Source: Dendrobates tinctorius
Taxonomy: Eukaryota
Reading direction: 5' to 3'
Assembly (NCBI RefSeq): GCF_039654945.1
Contig: NW_027361982.1
Span: forward strand, 1,178,001 to 1,242,000
Length of the DNA: 64,000 nt
In this document: positions 48,951 to 61,999 of the stretch, piece after piece
Layout of the letters: every line of letters begins with the position of its first letter
Numbering within the stretch: the first letter of the stretch is position 1
Notes under the pieces: generated by a model
Databases searched by the model: none
Told to the model about the DNA's origin: nothing
The model's input: only the letters and a program-made list of their open reading frames with translations
Position numbers and translations under genes: made by a program

Positions 48951-49494
48951 TTACAATAAAAAGTGTATTTTAGCGTATGACAGCTGCCAAACATAAAAAC
49001 CCGCTATAAATAGTAAATCAAGCCCCCCTTTATCACCCCCTTAAGGAAAAATAATAAAATTAAAAAAATGTATTTATTTCCATGTTCCCATTAGGGTTAG
49101 GGTTGGGGCTAAAGTTAGGGATAGAGTTAGGGCTAGTATTAGGGCTGAGATTAGGGTTAGGGGTGTGTTGGGGTTAGGGTTGGAGTTAGAATTGGGGGGT
49201 TTCCACTGTTTAGGCACATCAGGTGCTCTCCAAACGAAACATGGCATCTGATCTCAATTCCAGCCAATTCTGCGTTGAAAAAGTCAAACGGTGCTCCTTC
49301 CCTTCCAAGCTCTGCCTTGCGCCCAAACAGTGGTTTACCCCCACATATGGGGTATCAGCCTACTCAGAACAAATTGCACAACAACTTTTGGAGTCCAATT
49401 TCTCCTGTTACCCTTGGTAAAATAAAAAATTAGGGGCAAAAATATCATTTTTGTGGAAAAAAAATAAGATTTTTTTATTTTTATGGGTCTACGT

Positions 49495-49813
49495 CAGGGG
49501 TGGGGAACCTCAGGCCCCAGGGCCATTTACGGCCCTTAATGACCTTTTATCTGGCCCCCGGGCAGATTCTCAGGGACTGCAGTTCTTTGGCAGGGAGTTG
49601 TATTTTGACTGCCACCAGCTCCTTAATTTCTTGCTCTGTGAGCATACACACGCAGTGTTCACTACTGAACACTGAAGGGTATGCAATGAAAGATTACATC
49701 CTGGCACCAGTGCCATAGTCAGGATGTACTGTGTGGGCGGAGTTTGTACGGCCCCCGAAGGATGGGATAAATATCCAAACGACCCTTGGCAGAAAAAAGA
49801 TTCCTCACCCCTG
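49495..49813. mobile_element. hAT MITE
   Basis: 8-bp TSD GTCTACGT; TIR caggggtggggaa / ttcctcacccctg. Confidence 0.88.
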
Positions 49814-51525
49814 GTCTACGTTATAAACTTCTGTGAAGCACTTGGGGGTTCAAAGTGCTCACCACACATCTAGATAAGTTTCTTGGGGGGTCTAGTTTAC
49901 AAAATGGGGTCACTTGAGGGGGATTTCAACAGTTTAGGCATATCAGAGACTCTCCAAAGGCAACATGACACTCACAGACCATTCCATCAAAGTCTGCATT
50001 CCAAAACGTCACTACTTCCCTTCCGAGCCCCGACGTGTGCCCATACAGTAGTTTTCTCCAACATATGAGATATCAGCGTACTCAGGACAAATTGGACAAC
50101 AACTTTTGGGGTTAAATTTCTCCTCTGACCCTTGAGAAAATAAAAAAAATTGGGGACTAAAAGATCATGTTTGTGGAAAAAATATGATTTTTTTTATTTT
50201 CACGCCCAAGCGTTATAAACTTCTGTGAAGCCAATGGGGGTTTAAAGTGCTCACCACACATCTAGATAAGTTCCTTGGGGGGTCTAGTTTCCAAAATGGG
50301 GTCACTTGTGGGGGGTTTCCACTGTTTAGGTACATCAGGGGCTCTCCAAACGTGACATGGCGTCCGATCTGAATTCTAGCCAATTTTGCAGTGAAAAGGT
50401 CAAACAGCGCTCCTTCCTTTCTGAGCTCTGTCATGCGCCGAAACAGTGGTTTCCCCCGACATGTCAGGTATCAACGTGCTCAGGACAAATTGCACAATAA
50501 CTTTTGCAGTCCAATTTCTCCTGTTCCCCTTGGTAAAATAAAAAAAATTGGACCTGAAGTAATTTTTTGTGAAAAAAAGTTAAATGTTCATTTTTTTTTT
50601 TAAACATTCCAAAAATTCCTGTGAAGCACCTGAAGGGTTAATAAACTTCTTGAATGTGGTTTTGAGCACCTTGAGGGGTGCAGTTTTTAGAATGGTGTCA
50701 CTTTTGGGTATTTTCTATCATATAGACCCCTCAAAGTGGCTTCAAATGTGATGTGCCCTGTAAAAATAAAATGGTGTTGCAAAAATTAGAAATCGCTGGT
50801 CAACTTTTAACCCTTAACTTCCTAACAGAAAAAAAAAATTTGGTTCCCAAATTGTGCTGATGAAAAGTAAATGTTATTTATTAAGTTTTTTGTGTGCCAT
50901 ATCTCTGATATCTCTGTGATTTAAGGGCATAAAAATTCAAAGTTGAAAAATTGCAAAATTTTCCAAAAAAAATTGCAAAATTTCCGTTTTTTTTTCACAA
51001 ATAAACGCAAGTTATATCACTTAAATTTTACCACTAACATGAAATACAATATGTCATGAGAAAATAATGTCAGAATGACTGGGATCCATGGAAGCGTTCC
51101 AGAGTTATGACCTCATAAAGGGACAGTGGTCAGAATTGTAAAAATTGGTACGGTCATGAACGTGCAAACCACCCTTGGTAAAGGGGTTAATGATCTGTAA
51201 GTGAATATAATAATCATTGTTCTCATCGGCACAACACGCTGTGTACAGCATATGTACTCCTGAGTGCAATGTCTGCGCACGCTGTTATGGCTGCGGGCAC
51301 CCTTCTGCCCAGTCCCAGTCCTACGCTTGTACATTCACTCTCACAGCAGCTCGGAGACAAAGGTTTTATTTCACAGGTGCTTTATTTGTTGCTGTACAGT
51401 AACCGTCTCCAACCATTGCACACCCTCCTCTATACTACAGACGTTACTGGTCCATATCACAGATCTCCAGCAATTCCGGGTCCATCCTCACACCGGGCCA
51501 CAGGACCAAAATCCAGGAATCGGTC

Positions 51526-52357
51526 TTAGGCCTGGAAGCGGGGCCAAGTCTTTACAGTGTTGTAGAAGGTGTTTCCGGGGCACTCGGTGGCGGTGACGTT
51601 GCGATGTCCCTTCAGGATGTAGGCGGACTTGATATATCCCTTGGTGACGCCGCAGCTGATCAGGTTCTTGGCAGCGTTCTGTGCGGCGGTTGTGGGGTTA
51701 CTACCTGGAATAACACAGTAGAGATTATAATGGTGTCAGTGGGGTTAGATCCATGAGGCCCCCAAGGATCTCCTGGACTTACTGGTGAAGGTTCCGACCA
51801 AGCTGATACCAATGGAGTTAGAGTTGTAGTTTGGAGCGTGAGCACCAACAGATGTCCAGCCACGGCCTTCAAATATGGAGCCATCTCCTCCAACCAGGAA
51901 ACTGCAAAGCCAAAGGCCCAGTAAGAACCAGCGAGATGCGTCTGAATTTATGGGTGTTACGGGGCCACTTACCTGTATCCGATGTCGCACCAGCCATTGG
52001 TGTTGATGTGCATGTTCTGGATGTTCTTGGCCTGAGTGATGCAGGCGGATTGGCTGGAGCAGGCAGCGCCAGCGGTATGGTGGATAATTACATAGGTGAC
52101 TGGAGTGGACATTGCTGTCCTGCAGGTTGGAGCCTTTCCTCCCCACTGGGATTTAGTGAGGATGGTGGGACAACCTGTAGGGTGAAGACAGAAGCTTCGA
52201 ATGCTGCAGTATTCACCCTCCATCCTACAGACCTCGACACACAAGAGCCCCTCATTGCCCTCGCTTCCATCTACAAACATTGGTAAGTTTTCATAGGGTT
52301 TTTGTACTTACATTGTGCAAGAGCACACAAGGCAAGGAAAGAAAAGAAACGCAGCAT
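51526..52357 (-). CDS. PGLYRP1: Short secreted peptidoglycan recognition protein (PGLYRP1/PGRP-S-like), 181 aa; join 52312-52357, 51973-52174, 51783-51901, 51526-51704
   Basis: Signal peptide MLRFFSFLALCALAQC; PGRP motifs CPTILTKSQWG, YVIIHHTAG, GWCDIGYSFLVGGDG.IFEGRGW..VGAH, SIGIS..GTF, LKGHRNV.ATECPG...W; GT-AG phases consistent; AATAAA at 51381-51386 (-). Confidence 0.93.
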
Positions 52358-52474
52358 GATTCACGGGTTCCTGGGTGAGAGAGAAAAGGCAACAAATACA
52401 ATTAGTGTGATATTCTGATTAAGAGGAGCCTGCAGGATAGAGACACAAGTTTAAGGTACCTGTATATATACATC

Positions 52475-55400
52475 AGGTGTAGTGTGGGGTATATGGCAGG
52501 TATGTGTATAGATCGGGTGCAGTGTGGTGTGTATGGGGGGTATGTGTAAAGATCGGGTGTAGTGTGGGGTATAGATCGGGTGCAGTGTGGGGTATATGGT
52601 GGAGTGTGTATAGATCGTGTGTAGTGTGGGGTATATGGAGGGTATGTGTAAAGATCGGGTGTAGTGTGGGGCTTATGGTGTGTATAGATTGGGTGTAGTG
52701 GGTATATGGTGGTGTGTATAGATTGGGTGCATTGTGGGGTATATGGAGGTGTGTATAGATTGGGTGCATTGTGGGGTATATGGAGGTGTGTATAGATTGG
52801 GTGCATTGTGGGGTATATGGTGGTGTGTATAGATCGGTTGCAGTGTGGGGTATATGGTGGTGTGTATAGATCGGTTGCAGTGTGGGGTATATGGCGGGTG
52901 TGTGAATAGATCGGGTGCAGTGTGGGGTATATGGCGGGTGTGAATAGATCGGGTGCAGTGTGGGGTATATGGCGGTGTGTGTAGAGAACGGGTGTTGTGT
53001 GGGGTATATGGCGGTGTGTGTATAGATTTGGTGCAGTGTGGGGTATATGGCAGTGTGTATAGATCAGGTGTGTGGAGTATATGGCGGTGTGTGTATAGAA
53101 CGGGTGTTGTGTGGGGTATATGGCGGTGTGTGTATAGAACGGGTGTTGTGTGGGGTATATGATGGTGTGTGTATAGATTTGGTGCAGTGTGGGGTATATG
53201 GCAGTGTGTATAGATCAGGTGTAGTGTGGAGTATATGGCGGTGTATGTATAGATCGGGTGTAGTGTGGGGTATATGGACGGTATGTGTCAAGATCGGGTG
53301 TAGTGTTCCGATATAGACTCAGTGCCCACAGTCTGGCCATCGAATCTGGCCGACACAGGCAGAGCTACAAGCCCAGGGAGAAAAGACTGTGCCAACACTG
53401 TGACCAGGAGGCCCTGGAGGACGAAACCCACTTCCTGCTACACTGCTCCAAATACTCAGCAGTGAGGGACACTCACTCCAGGAGACTCTCACATCTCTTC
53501 CCGGATTTCATCACCATGAAGGAGGAAGAGAAAACATATATCCTGCTGGGGGAAGAAGAGAGAGCAGTGGAGATAGCAGCGCGGTATGTGAGCGAATGTC
53601 ATAGACTGCGAGAAAGAGAACTATGATATGCCATGGACTGCTATGGCTCCCCACCCTGGATCTGCCCCCATCCACCTTCCCTATGCCATGGACTTCTATA
53701 GCCCCATCCTGGATCTGCCCCATCCCCCCATCCACCTTCCCTATGCCATGGACTTCTATGGCTCCATCCTGGATCTGCCCCCATCCACCTTTCCTACAGC
53801 CCCTACCCAACATCCCTACAGTCCCTATCCCTATTCCCTTTTGTGCACTTGCTTTGGCAAAACTAATGTGTCTTTAGTACTGCCAATAAAGCTTCTTTGA
53901 ATTTGTGTGGGGTATATGGTGGTGTGTATAGATTGGGTGTAGTGTGTGGTATATGGAGGGTATGTGTAAAGATTAGGTGCAGTGAGGTATATGGTGGTGT
54001 GTGTATAGATCGGGTGTAGTGTGGGGTATATGGAGGTGTGTATAGATCGGTTGCAGTGTGGGGTATATGGCGGTGTGTATAAATTGGGTGCAGTGTGGGG
54101 TATATGGCGGTGTGTATAAATTGGGTGCAGTGGGGTATATGGCGGTGTGTGTATAGATCGGGTGCAGTGTGGGATGTATGGCGAGTGTGTGTATAGATCG
54201 GGTGCAGTGTGGGGTATATGGAGGTGTGTATAGATCGGGTGTAGTGTGGGGTATATGGTGATGTGTGTATAGATCGGGTGTAGTGTGGGGTACTGTATAT
54301 GGCGATATGTGTATAGATCGAGTGCAGTGTAGGGTATATGGTGATCTGTGTATAGATCAGGTACAGTGTGGGGTATATGGCGGTATGTGTGTAGATCGGG
54401 TGCGGTGTGAGGTATATGGCGGAGTGTTTAAAGATCGGGTGTAGTGTGGGGTATATGGCAGGTATGTGTATAGATCGGGTGCAGTGTGAGGTATATGGCG
54501 GGTGTGTGTATAGATTGGGTTTAGTGTGAGGTGTATGACGGTGTGTGTATAGATTGGGTGCAATATGGCATATATGGTGGTCTGCGTATAGATCGGGTGC
54601 ATTGTGGGGTATATGGCGGTGTGTGTATAGATCAAGTGCAGTGTAGGGTATATGGTGGTCTGTGTATAGATCGGGTGCAGTGTGGGGTATATTGCGGTGT
54701 GTGTATAGATTGGGTGTAGTGTGGGGTATATGGCGGATGTGTGTATAGATCGGGTGCAGTGTGGGGTATATGGAGGTGTGTATAGATCGGGTGTAGTGTG
54801 GGGTATATGGTGATGTGTGTATAGATCAGGTGCAGTGTGGGGTATATGGAGGTGTGTATAGATCGGTTGTAGTGTGGGGTACTGTATATGGCGATATGTG
54901 TATAGATCAAGTGCAGTGTAGGGTATATGGTGATCTGTGTATAGATCGGGTGCAGTGTTAGGAATATGGTGGTGTGTGTATAGATCAGGTGCAGTGTGGG
55001 GTATATGGAGGTGTGTATAGATCGGGTGCAGTGTGGGGTATATGGCGGTGTGTGTATAGATCGGGTGCAATGTGGGGAATATGGTGGGTGTGTGTATAGA
55101 TCGGGTGCAGTGTGGGGTATATGGTGGTGTGTGTATAGATCGGGTGTTTGGGGTATATGGCGGTGTGTATAGATCGGGTGTAGTGTGGGGTATATGGCGG
55201 TGTGTGTATAGATCAGGTACAGTGGGGTATATGGCGGTATGTGTGTATAGATCGGATGCAGTGTGGAGTGTATGGTGGTCTGTGTATAGATTGGGTGCAG
55301 TGTGAGGTATAAGGCGGTGTGTGTAAAGATCGGGTGCAGTGTAGGGTATATGGTGGTCTGTGTATACATCGGGTGCAGCGTAGGGAATATGGCGAGTGTG

Positions 55401-58400
55401 GGGTATATGGCGGTGTGTGTATAAATCGGGTACAATGTGGGGAATATGGCAGGTGTGTGTATAGATCGGGTGCAGTGTGGGGTATATGGATGTGCATGTA
55501 TAGAGCAGGTGCAGTGTGGGGTATATGGCGGGTGTGTGTATAGTTCGGGTGCAGTGTGAGGTGTATGGCGGTTTGTGTTTAGAGTGAGTGCAGTGTGGGT
55601 TGTATGGCGGTGTATAGATCTTTTGCAGTGTGGGGTTTATGGCGGGTGTGTGTATAGAGCGGGTGCAGTGTGGGGTTTATGGCGGGTGTGTGCATAGATC
55701 GGTTGCAGTGTGGGGTATATTGCGGTGTGTGTATAGATCGGGTGTAGTGTGGGGTATATGGTGGTGTGTGTATAGATCGGGTGTATTGTGGGGTATATGG
55801 AGGTGTGTATAGATCGGTTGCAGTGTGGGGTATATGGAGGTGTGTATAGATCAGGTGTAGTGTGGGGTATATGGTGATGTGTGTATAGATCAGGTGCAGT
55901 GTGGGGTATATGGTGGTTTGTGTATAGATCGGGTGTAGTGTGAGGTATATGGAGGTGTGTATAGATCAGTTGCAGTGTGGGGTATATTGCGGTGTGTGTA
56001 TAGATCGGGTGTAGTGTGGGGTATATGGCGATGTGTGTATAAATCGAGTGCAGGTGTAGGGTATATGGTGATCTGTATAGATCGGGTGCAGTGTGGGGTA
56101 TATGGAGGTGTGTATAGATCGGGTGTAGTGTGGGGTACATGGTGGTGTGTGTATAGATCAGGTGCAGTGTGGGGTATATGGAGGTGTGTATAGATCGGGT
56201 GTAGTGTGGGGTACATGGTGGTGTGTGTATAAATTGGGTGTAGTGTGGGGTATATGGAGGTGTGTATAGATCGGGTGCAGTGTGGGGTATATGGCGGTGT
56301 GTGTATAGATCGGGTGCAATGTGGGGAATATGGCGGGTGTGTGTATAAATCGGGTGGTGTGGGGTATATGGTGGTGTGTGTATAGATCGGGTGTTGTTTG
56401 GGGTATATGGCGGTGTGTATAGATTGGGTGCAGTGTGGGGTATATGGCGGTGTGTATAGATCGGGTGTAGTGGGGTATATGGCGGTGTGCGTATAGATCA
56501 CGTACAATGGGGTATATGGCGGTATGTGTGTATAGATCAGATGCAGTGTGGAGTGTATGGTGGTCTGTGTATAGACGGGGGCAGTGTGAGGTATAAGGCT
56601 GTGTGTTTACAGATCGGGTGTAGTGTGGGGTATATGGCAGGCATGTGTATAGACCGGGTGTAGAGTAGGGTATATGGTGGTCTGTGTATACATCGGGTGC
56701 AGTGTAGGGAATATGGCGAGTGTGGGGTATATGGTGGGTGTGTGTAGAAATCGGGTACAATGTGGAGAATATGGCAGGTGTGTGTATAGATCAGGTGCAG
56801 TGTGGGGTATATGGCGGGTGTGTGTATAGATCGGGTGCAGTGTGAGGTGTATAGCGGTGTGTGTTTAGAGTGGGTGCAGTGTGGGTTGTATGGCGGTGTA
56901 TAGATCTTTTGTAGTGTGGGGTGTATGGCGGTGTGTGTATAGAGCGGGTGCAGTGTGGGGTTTATGGCGGGTGTGTGTATAGAGCGGGTGCTGTGTGGGG
57001 TTTATGGTGGGTGTGTGTATAGATCGGGTGCAGTGTGGGGTATATGGAGGTGTGTATAGATTGGGTGTAGTGTAGGGTATATGGTAATGTGTGTTTAGAT
57101 CAGGAGCAGTGTGGGGAATATGGTTGTGTGTATAGATCGGGTGCAGTGTGAGGTGTATGGCGGTGTGTATAGATCTTTTGTAGTGTGGGGTGTATGGCGG
57201 TGTGTGTATAGAGCGGGTGAAGTGTGGGGTTTATGGCGGGTGTGTATAGAGTGGGTGCTGTGTGGGGTTTATGGTGGGTGTGTGTATAGATCAGGTGCAG
57301 TGTGGGGTATATGGAGGTGTGTATAGATCGGGTGTAGTGTTGGGTATATGGTGGTGTGTGTATAGATCGGGTGTAGTGTAAGGTATATGGTGTGTATAGA
57401 TCAGTTGCAGTGTGGGGTAAATTGTGGTGTGTGTATAGATAGGGTGCAGTGTGGGGAATATGGCTGTGTGTATAGATCGGGTACAATGTCAGGAATATGG
57501 CGAGTGTGGGGTATATGGAGGTGTGTATAGATCGGGTGTAGTGTGGGGTACATGGTGGTGTGTGTATAGATCAGGTGCAGTGTGGGGTATATGGCGGTGT
57601 GTGTATAGATCGGGTGCAATGTGGGGAATATGGCGGGTGTGTGTATAGATCGGGTGTTGTTTGGGGTATATGGCGGTGTGTATAGATTGGGTGCAGTGTG
57701 GGGTATATGGCGGTGTGTATAGATCGGGTGTAGTGTGGGGTATATGGCGGTGTGTTTAAAGATCGGGTGTAGTGTGGGGTATATGGCAGGCATGTGTATA
57801 GACCGGGTGTAGAGTGGCGTATATGGCGGTGTGTGTAAAGATCGGGTGCAGTGTTGGGTATATGGTGGTCTGTGTATACATCGGGTGCAGTGTAGGGAAT
57901 ATGGCGAGTGTGTGTATAAATCGGGTACAATGTGGGGAATATGGCAGGTGTGTGTATAGATTGGGTGCAGTGTGGGGTATATGGATGTGTGTGTATAGAT
58001 CGGGTGCAGTGTGGGGTGTATGGCGGTGTATGTATAGAGCGGTTGCAGTGGGGTTTATGGCGGGTGTGTGTATAGAGCGGGTGCAGTGTGGGGTTTATGG
58101 CGGGTGTGTGTATAGATCGGTTGCAGTGTGGGGTGTATGGCGGTGTGTGTATAGAGCGGTTGCAGTGTGGGGTTTATGGCGGGTGTGTGTATAGAGCGGG
58201 TGCAGTGTGGGGTTTATGGCGGGTATGTGTGTAGATCGGATGCAGTGTGGAGTGTATGGTGGTCTGTGTATAGATCGGGTGCAGTGTGAGGTATAAGGCG
58301 GTGTGTTTAAAGATCGGGTGTAGTGTGGGGTATATGGCAGGCATGTGTATAGACCGGGTGTAGAGTGGCGTATATGGCGGTGTGTGTAAAGATCGGGTGC

Positions 58401-61000
58401 AGTGTTGGGTATATGGTGGTCTGTGTATACATCGGGTGTAGTGTAGGGAATATGGCGAGTGTGGGGTATATGGCGGGTGTGTGTATAAATCGGGTACAAT
58501 GTGGGGAATATGGCAGGTGTGTGTATAGATCGGGTGCAGTGTGGGGTATATGGATGTGTGTGTATAGATCGGGTGCAGTGTGGGGTGTATGGCGGTGTGT
58601 GTATAGAGCGGTTGCAGTGTGGGGTTTATGGCGGGTGTGTGTATAGAGCGGGTGCAGTGTGGGGGTTTATGGCAGGTGTGTGTATAGATCGGTTGCAGTG
58701 TGGGGTGTATGGCGGTGTGTGTATAGAGCGGTTGCAGTGTGGGGTTTATGGCGGGTGTGTGTATAGAGCGGGTGCAGTGTGGGGTTTATGGCGGGTGTGT
58801 GTATAGATCGGTTGCAGTGTGGGGTGTATGGCGGTGTGTATAGAGCGGTTGTAGTGGGTTTATGGCGGGTGTGTGTATAGAGCGGGTGCAGTGTGGGGTT
58901 TATGGCGGGTGTGTGTATAGAGCGGGTGCAGTGTGGGGTTTATGGCGGGTGTGTGTATAGAGCGGGTGCAGTGTGGGGTTTATGTATAGATCGGGTGCAG
59001 TGTGGGGTTTATGGCAGGTGTGTGTATAGAGCGGGTGCAGTGTGGGGTTTATGGCGGGTGTGTGTATAGATCGGGTGCAGTGTGGGGTTTATGGCGGGTG
59101 TGTGTATAAAGCGGGTGCAGTGTGGGGTTTATGGCGGGTGTGTATAGATCGGTTGCAGTGTGGGGTGTATGGCGGTGTGTGTATAGAGCGGGTGCAGTGT
59201 GGGGTATATGGCAGGCATGTGTATAGACCGGGTGTAGAGTGGCGTATATGGCGGTGTGTGTAAAGATCGGGTGCAGTGTTGGGTATATGGTGGTCTGTGT
59301 ATACATCGGGTGCAGTGTAGGGAATATGGCGAGTGTGGGGTATATGGCGGGTGTGTGTATAAATCGGGTACAATGTGGGGAATATGGCAGGTGTGTGTAT
59401 AGATTGGGTGCAGTGTGGGGTATATGGATGTGTGTGTATAGATCGGGTGCAGTGTGGGGTGTATGGCGGTGTGTGTATAGAGCGGTTGCAGTGGGGTTTA
59501 TGGCGGGTGTGTGTATAGAGCGGGTGCAGTGTGGGGTTTATGGCGGGTGTGTGTATAGATCGGTTGCAGTGTGGGGTGTATGGCGGTGTGTGTATAGAGC
59601 GGTTGCAGTGTGGAGTTTATGGCGGGTGTGTGTATAGAGCGGGTGCAGTGTGGGGTTTATGGCGGGTATGTGTGTAGATCGGATGCAGTGTGGAGTGTAT
59701 GGTGGTCTGTGTATAGATCTGGTGCAGTGTGAGGTATAAGGCGGTGTGTTTAAAGATCGGGTGTAGTGTGGGGTATATGGCAGGCATGTGTATAGACCGG
59801 GTGTAGAGTGGCGTATATGGCGGTGTGTGTAAAGATCGGGTGCAGTGTTGGGTATATGGTGGTCTGTGTATACATTGGGTGTAGTGTAGGGAATATGGCG
59901 AGTGTGGGGTATATGGCGGGTGTGTGTATAAATCGGGTACAATGTGGGGAATATGGCAGGTGTGTGTATAGATCGGGTGCAGTGTGGGGTATATGGATGT
60001 GTGTGTATAGATCGGGTGCAGTGTGGGGTGTATGGCGGTGTGTGTATAGAGCGGTTGCAGTGTGGGGTTTATGGCGGGTGTGTGTATAGAGCGGGTGCAG
60101 TGTGGGGGTTTATGGCAGGTATGTGTATAGATCGGTTGCAGTGTGGGGTGTATGGCGGTGTGTGTATAGAGCGGTTGCAGTGTGGGGTTTATGGCGGGTG
60201 TGTGTATAGAGCGGGTGCAGTGTGGGGTTTATGGCGGGTGTGTGTATAGATCGGTTGCAGTGTGGGGTGTATGGCGGTGTGTATAGAGCGGTTGTAGTGG
60301 GTTTATGGCGGGTGTGTGTATAGAGCGGGTGCAGTGTGGGGTTTATGGCGGGTGTGTGTATAGAGCGGGTGCAGTGTGGGGTTTATGGCGGGTGTGTGTA
60401 TAGAGCGGGTGCAGTGTGGGGTTTATGTATAGATCGGGTGCAGTGTGGGGTTTATGGCGGGTGTGTGTATAGAGCGGGTGCAGTGTGGGGTTTATGGCGG
60501 GTGTGTGTATAGATCGGGTGCAGTGTGGGGTTTATGGCGGGTGTGTGTATAAAGCGGGTGCAGTGTGGGGTTTATGGCGGGTGTATGTATAGATCGGTTG
60601 CAGTGTGGGGTGTATGGCGGTGTGTGTATAGAGCGGGTGCAGTGTGGGGTTTATGGCGGGTGTGTGTATAAAGCGGGTGCAGTGTGGGGTTTATGGCGGG
60701 TGTGTGTATAGATCGGGTGCAGTGTGGGGTTTATGGCGGGTGTGTGTATAAAGCGGGTGCAGTGTGGGGTTTATGGCGGGTGTATGTATAGATCGGTTGC
60801 AGTGTGGGGTGTATGGCGGGTGTGTGTATAGAGCGTGTGCAGTGGGGTATATGGCGGTCTGTATATAGATTGGGTACAGTGTGGGGTGTATGGCGGTGTG
60901 TTTATAGATCAGGTGCAGTGTAGGGTGTATGTATGTTGTGTGGGGTATATGGCGGCTGTGTGTATAGATCAGGTGTAGTGTGGGGTATATGGCAGCTTTG
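52475..61000. repeat. ~8.5-kb G/T-rich ~41-bp minisatellite (gtgtatagatcgggtgcagtgtggggtatatggcggtgt)
   Basis: Tandem units; 1443-bp higher-order duplication (58095/59538, 58365/59808, 58501/59944). Confidence 0.97.
53308..53904 (+). mobile_element. Non-LTR retrotransposon 3' fragment (CR1/L2-group with C-terminal CCHC)
   Basis: RLSAHSLAIESGR...RLCQHC....EDETHFLLHCSKY; AATAAA followed by a ttgaatttg tail. Confidence 0.85.
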
Positions 61001-61079
61001 TATAAACCTGGGGCAGTGCTGTATATAGCAGTGGAGCAATTGCAGTGTTTTTGCTGTGGGCGCGATGTGTAGTCCTCAC

Positions 61080-61130
61080 CTGTTTCGGGCGCACCTGGCG
61101 TCTGCTCGCTGCTCTCGGTATTTATTCCCT
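61080..61130 (-). promoter_or_regulatory. Candidate non-coding first exon and TATA-like element of the PGLYRP1-like gene
   Basis: The ATG exon has an acceptor at 52371, so an upstream exon is expected. Donor CAG|GTGAGG at 61080/61079 lies just past the minisatellite, preceded by AATAAATA at about 61119-61126. Confidence 0.4.
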
Positions 61131-61999
61131 CTCTGATGCTGGTGTTGATCATGGTGACCTTGTACTGAAGGATGGAGGGCGTATATACAAGCCTGGAGTT
61201 TCTGTGTAATGATGGGGGGGGGGGGTCATGCTGCATGCTATCACCCCTCTGTGATAATGGAGCTCACACATCAGGTGCACCAGACTTGTTTTCAGACTGG
61301 ACTGTGTTCCTGGGTCTCCCTATTTCCCGGTCCCCATAGGAGAATGTGATCCTCTATATTAGGTTTTATGCTGAATGTTTGGGTCTGTTTGATCCAGAGA
61401 CTAAAGCTGGAGCTGCAGACATCTCCTGTCCACATGCTGCATGGTTATGGTGCCTAACACAATGTTCAGTGTTCTAGCAACGTTCACTGGCTCCGTTGAG
61501 GTTTATGTCTGAACCTCTGCAAAATGAAATTCAGGCATATGGCCTGCAGACTTCTGGTATCACTTTCACTGGGAACCATAAATATTAATGAGCTGGAGAT
61601 CTTGTCCCTTCAGGAGGACACCTAAGATAAAAAATGACCGCCACTCCACTATACGGTGCAAAAATGCCCAATCAGAGGGCCCCTCCAGTCATCTCCTGCC
61701 TTACACACTACAGATGAATTTGGCAACCTGGTCTCCTGCAAAAATAAAACGTTCTCAACTTGGTGAAAAAAAAAATTAAAAACTAAAAAATCTACCTGTA
61801 TCTGACTTAATGCTGGAGACGTTACTGGATGCAGCATCAGCAGAGTGAGTGCCGCTCTGTAGAGTGAAGAATCATCCTTCGCTCTCTTATCTCCCATTCC
61901 TGTCACCAGAGGAAGAACAAGACAACATCCTCCACAGATTCTGAGCCAGCCAAGCTCTCAAGGAAACCAACTGCCCTGAACTACTGTATGTAACTTGGT

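Larger units (their letters stand above)
44277..51186 (-). mobile_element. Second piggyBac-like non-autonomous element, inverted relative to 6664-10484, one end truncated, with nested insertions
   Basis: Reverse-complement similarity to 6664-10370; ends aagggg|TTAA. Confidence 0.82.

Noticed and set aside
1320-61000. Regular repeat arrays superficially like CRISPR arrays
   Set aside because: No unique spacers and no cas genes; eukaryotic minisatellites.
52402-61236. Numerous HPIYTH/CGVYGG ORFs resembling keratin-associated or His-rich proteins
   Set aside because: Minisatellite translations with frequent frame breaks.
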